DNA of 64,000 bases from an uncultured Candidatus Saccharibacteria bacterium (GTDB lineage: Bacteria; Patescibacteriota; Minisyncoccia; Minisyncoccales; MHMH01). The stretch spans positions 586-64,585 of the forward strand of contig CAYZXA010000002.1 of assembly GCA_964482335.1 (NCBI GenBank). The letters are read 5' to 3'. Position 1 is the first letter of the stretch; every line of letters starts with the position of its first letter. Of the stretch, positions 63,374-64,000 are shown in pieces. The notes beneath the pieces were generated by a model that searched no databases, was not told the origin of the DNA, and was given only the letters and a program-made list of their open reading frames with translations. The translations under genes were made by a program, and so were the position numbers.

Positions 63374-63492
63374 AAATAGTATGAAACGATATTCTTCAAG
63401 ACGAGCTAAAAAGGGAAAAACTGCTTACCGCACCCCAAGTCCTATTAAATATAAGTTAGTTTTAAAGAGTAAAGCTTTTAAGAAAAGCAAAA

Positions 63493-64000
63493 CTAAACCT
63501 TCTTGACCATATAGGTATTTTCTAGTTTGTATCCTAGCTTGCGGTAATAACCTCTTACACCGATACCGGAAATAGCACTAATTTTATTTAAGCCAAATTC
63601 TTTTTTGGCTATTTTTTCTGCCTCTTTGATTAACTTTTTACCAAGCCCTTTGTGCTGCGGTGAAATAGTCGAGCTTAAGCCTCGACCAAGGGGAAGTTGC
63701 TGGCCATAGGTGTGAACTTCTCTGATAATGGCAATATTCTGTGAAGTAATACGGAGACGGAGTAGACTGTATAGCTTTTTTCTTTCTTTATCTTCAAACG
63801 TTAAAAATATCTCTTTGCCCTGAGAAGCATGATAGTTTTGCCGGAAAAGAAATAGTTTGTCTTTTGGATTGTAATTTTCTCTTACTTCTCGGCACCTGAT
63901 GCATTTACACTGGCAATTTAGCATTTGACGGAGATTAGAGATTTTAGCAGGTCCTGTGACAATACTTTGAGAAGGAATGTCTCTGCTGATTCTTTGAATT
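63493..64000 (-). CDS. Elp3-type radical SAM/GNAT enzyme, C-terminal part (partial; N-terminus beyond the right window edge)
   Basis: The frame stays open upstream of the track's Met to position 64000 (..RISRDIPSQSIVTGPAKISNLRQML..). The GNAT region IIREVHTYG..QHKGLGKKL is typical of Elp3. Confidence 0.8.
   Translation of the reverse strand, partial: IQRISRDIPSQSIVTGPAKISNLRQMLNCQCKCIRCREVRENYNPKDKLFLFRQNYHASQGKEIFLTFEDKERKKLYSLLRLRITSQNIAIIREVHTYGQQLPLGRGLSSTISPQHKGLGKKLIKEAEKIAKKEFGLNKISAISGIGVRGYYRKLGYKLENTYMVKKV

Noticed and set aside
1-64000. Alternative genetic code (UGA recoding, as in some CPR lineages)
   Set aside because: UGA terminates well-conserved genes at the expected lengths and takes part in ATGA stop-start overlaps (3617..3620, 21254..21257, 51853..51856). 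The standard bacterial code fits.

Overview
AT-rich, very gene-dense bacterial chromosome segment using the standard code: UGA acts as a stop, and there are several ATGA / ATGAATAA stop-start overlaps. The gene content suggests a Candidate Phyla Radiation / Patescibacteria-type organism, by inference only. That content includes shortened housekeeping proteins, tRNA genes without encoded CCA beside a CCA-adding enzyme, VirB2-like 'T4SS pilin' genes, a bacterial Elp3, RtcB and a membrane pyrophosphatase. Layout: (i) 1-10.7 kb is an all-minus-strand accessory island. Apart from a radical SAM/SPASM enzyme and its small partner, it encodes only secreted or membrane proteins: two paralogous giant Cys-rich repeat proteins, five paralogous membrane-anchored small beta-domain proteins and gene relics. 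It also holds a tightly coupled operon [anchored protein - A24-type aspartyl peptidase - Trp-repeat (W-S/T-G-D x10) protein - HxsD-like protein - rSAM/SPASM - Cys-rich protein]. I consider this operon the best candidate for an undescribed system. (ii) 10.8-27 kb is housekeeping (clpP, tig, hppA, nusA, cca, rpsO, pnp, rsmA) with four tRNAs and an unknown sRNA bounded by a promoter and a terminator. (iii) 28-37 kb is a minimal T4SS-like cluster: two VirB2-like pilins fused to large extracellular domains, plus VirB6-like, PrgI/VirB3-like and VirB4-like genes. (iv) 37-41.8 kb is the origin-proximal block jag-yidC-yidD-rnpA-rpmH / dnaA-dnaN. (v) 41.8-64 kb holds housekeeping and repair genes, a second unknown sRNA with a perfect consensus promoter, an orphan B12-binding rSAM, and poorly characterised genes (NIF3, DUF763, PD-(D/E)XK repeat protein, Elp3). 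I saw no rRNA, CRISPR array, transposase or integrase. All family names come from motif recognition by eye; no searches were run.
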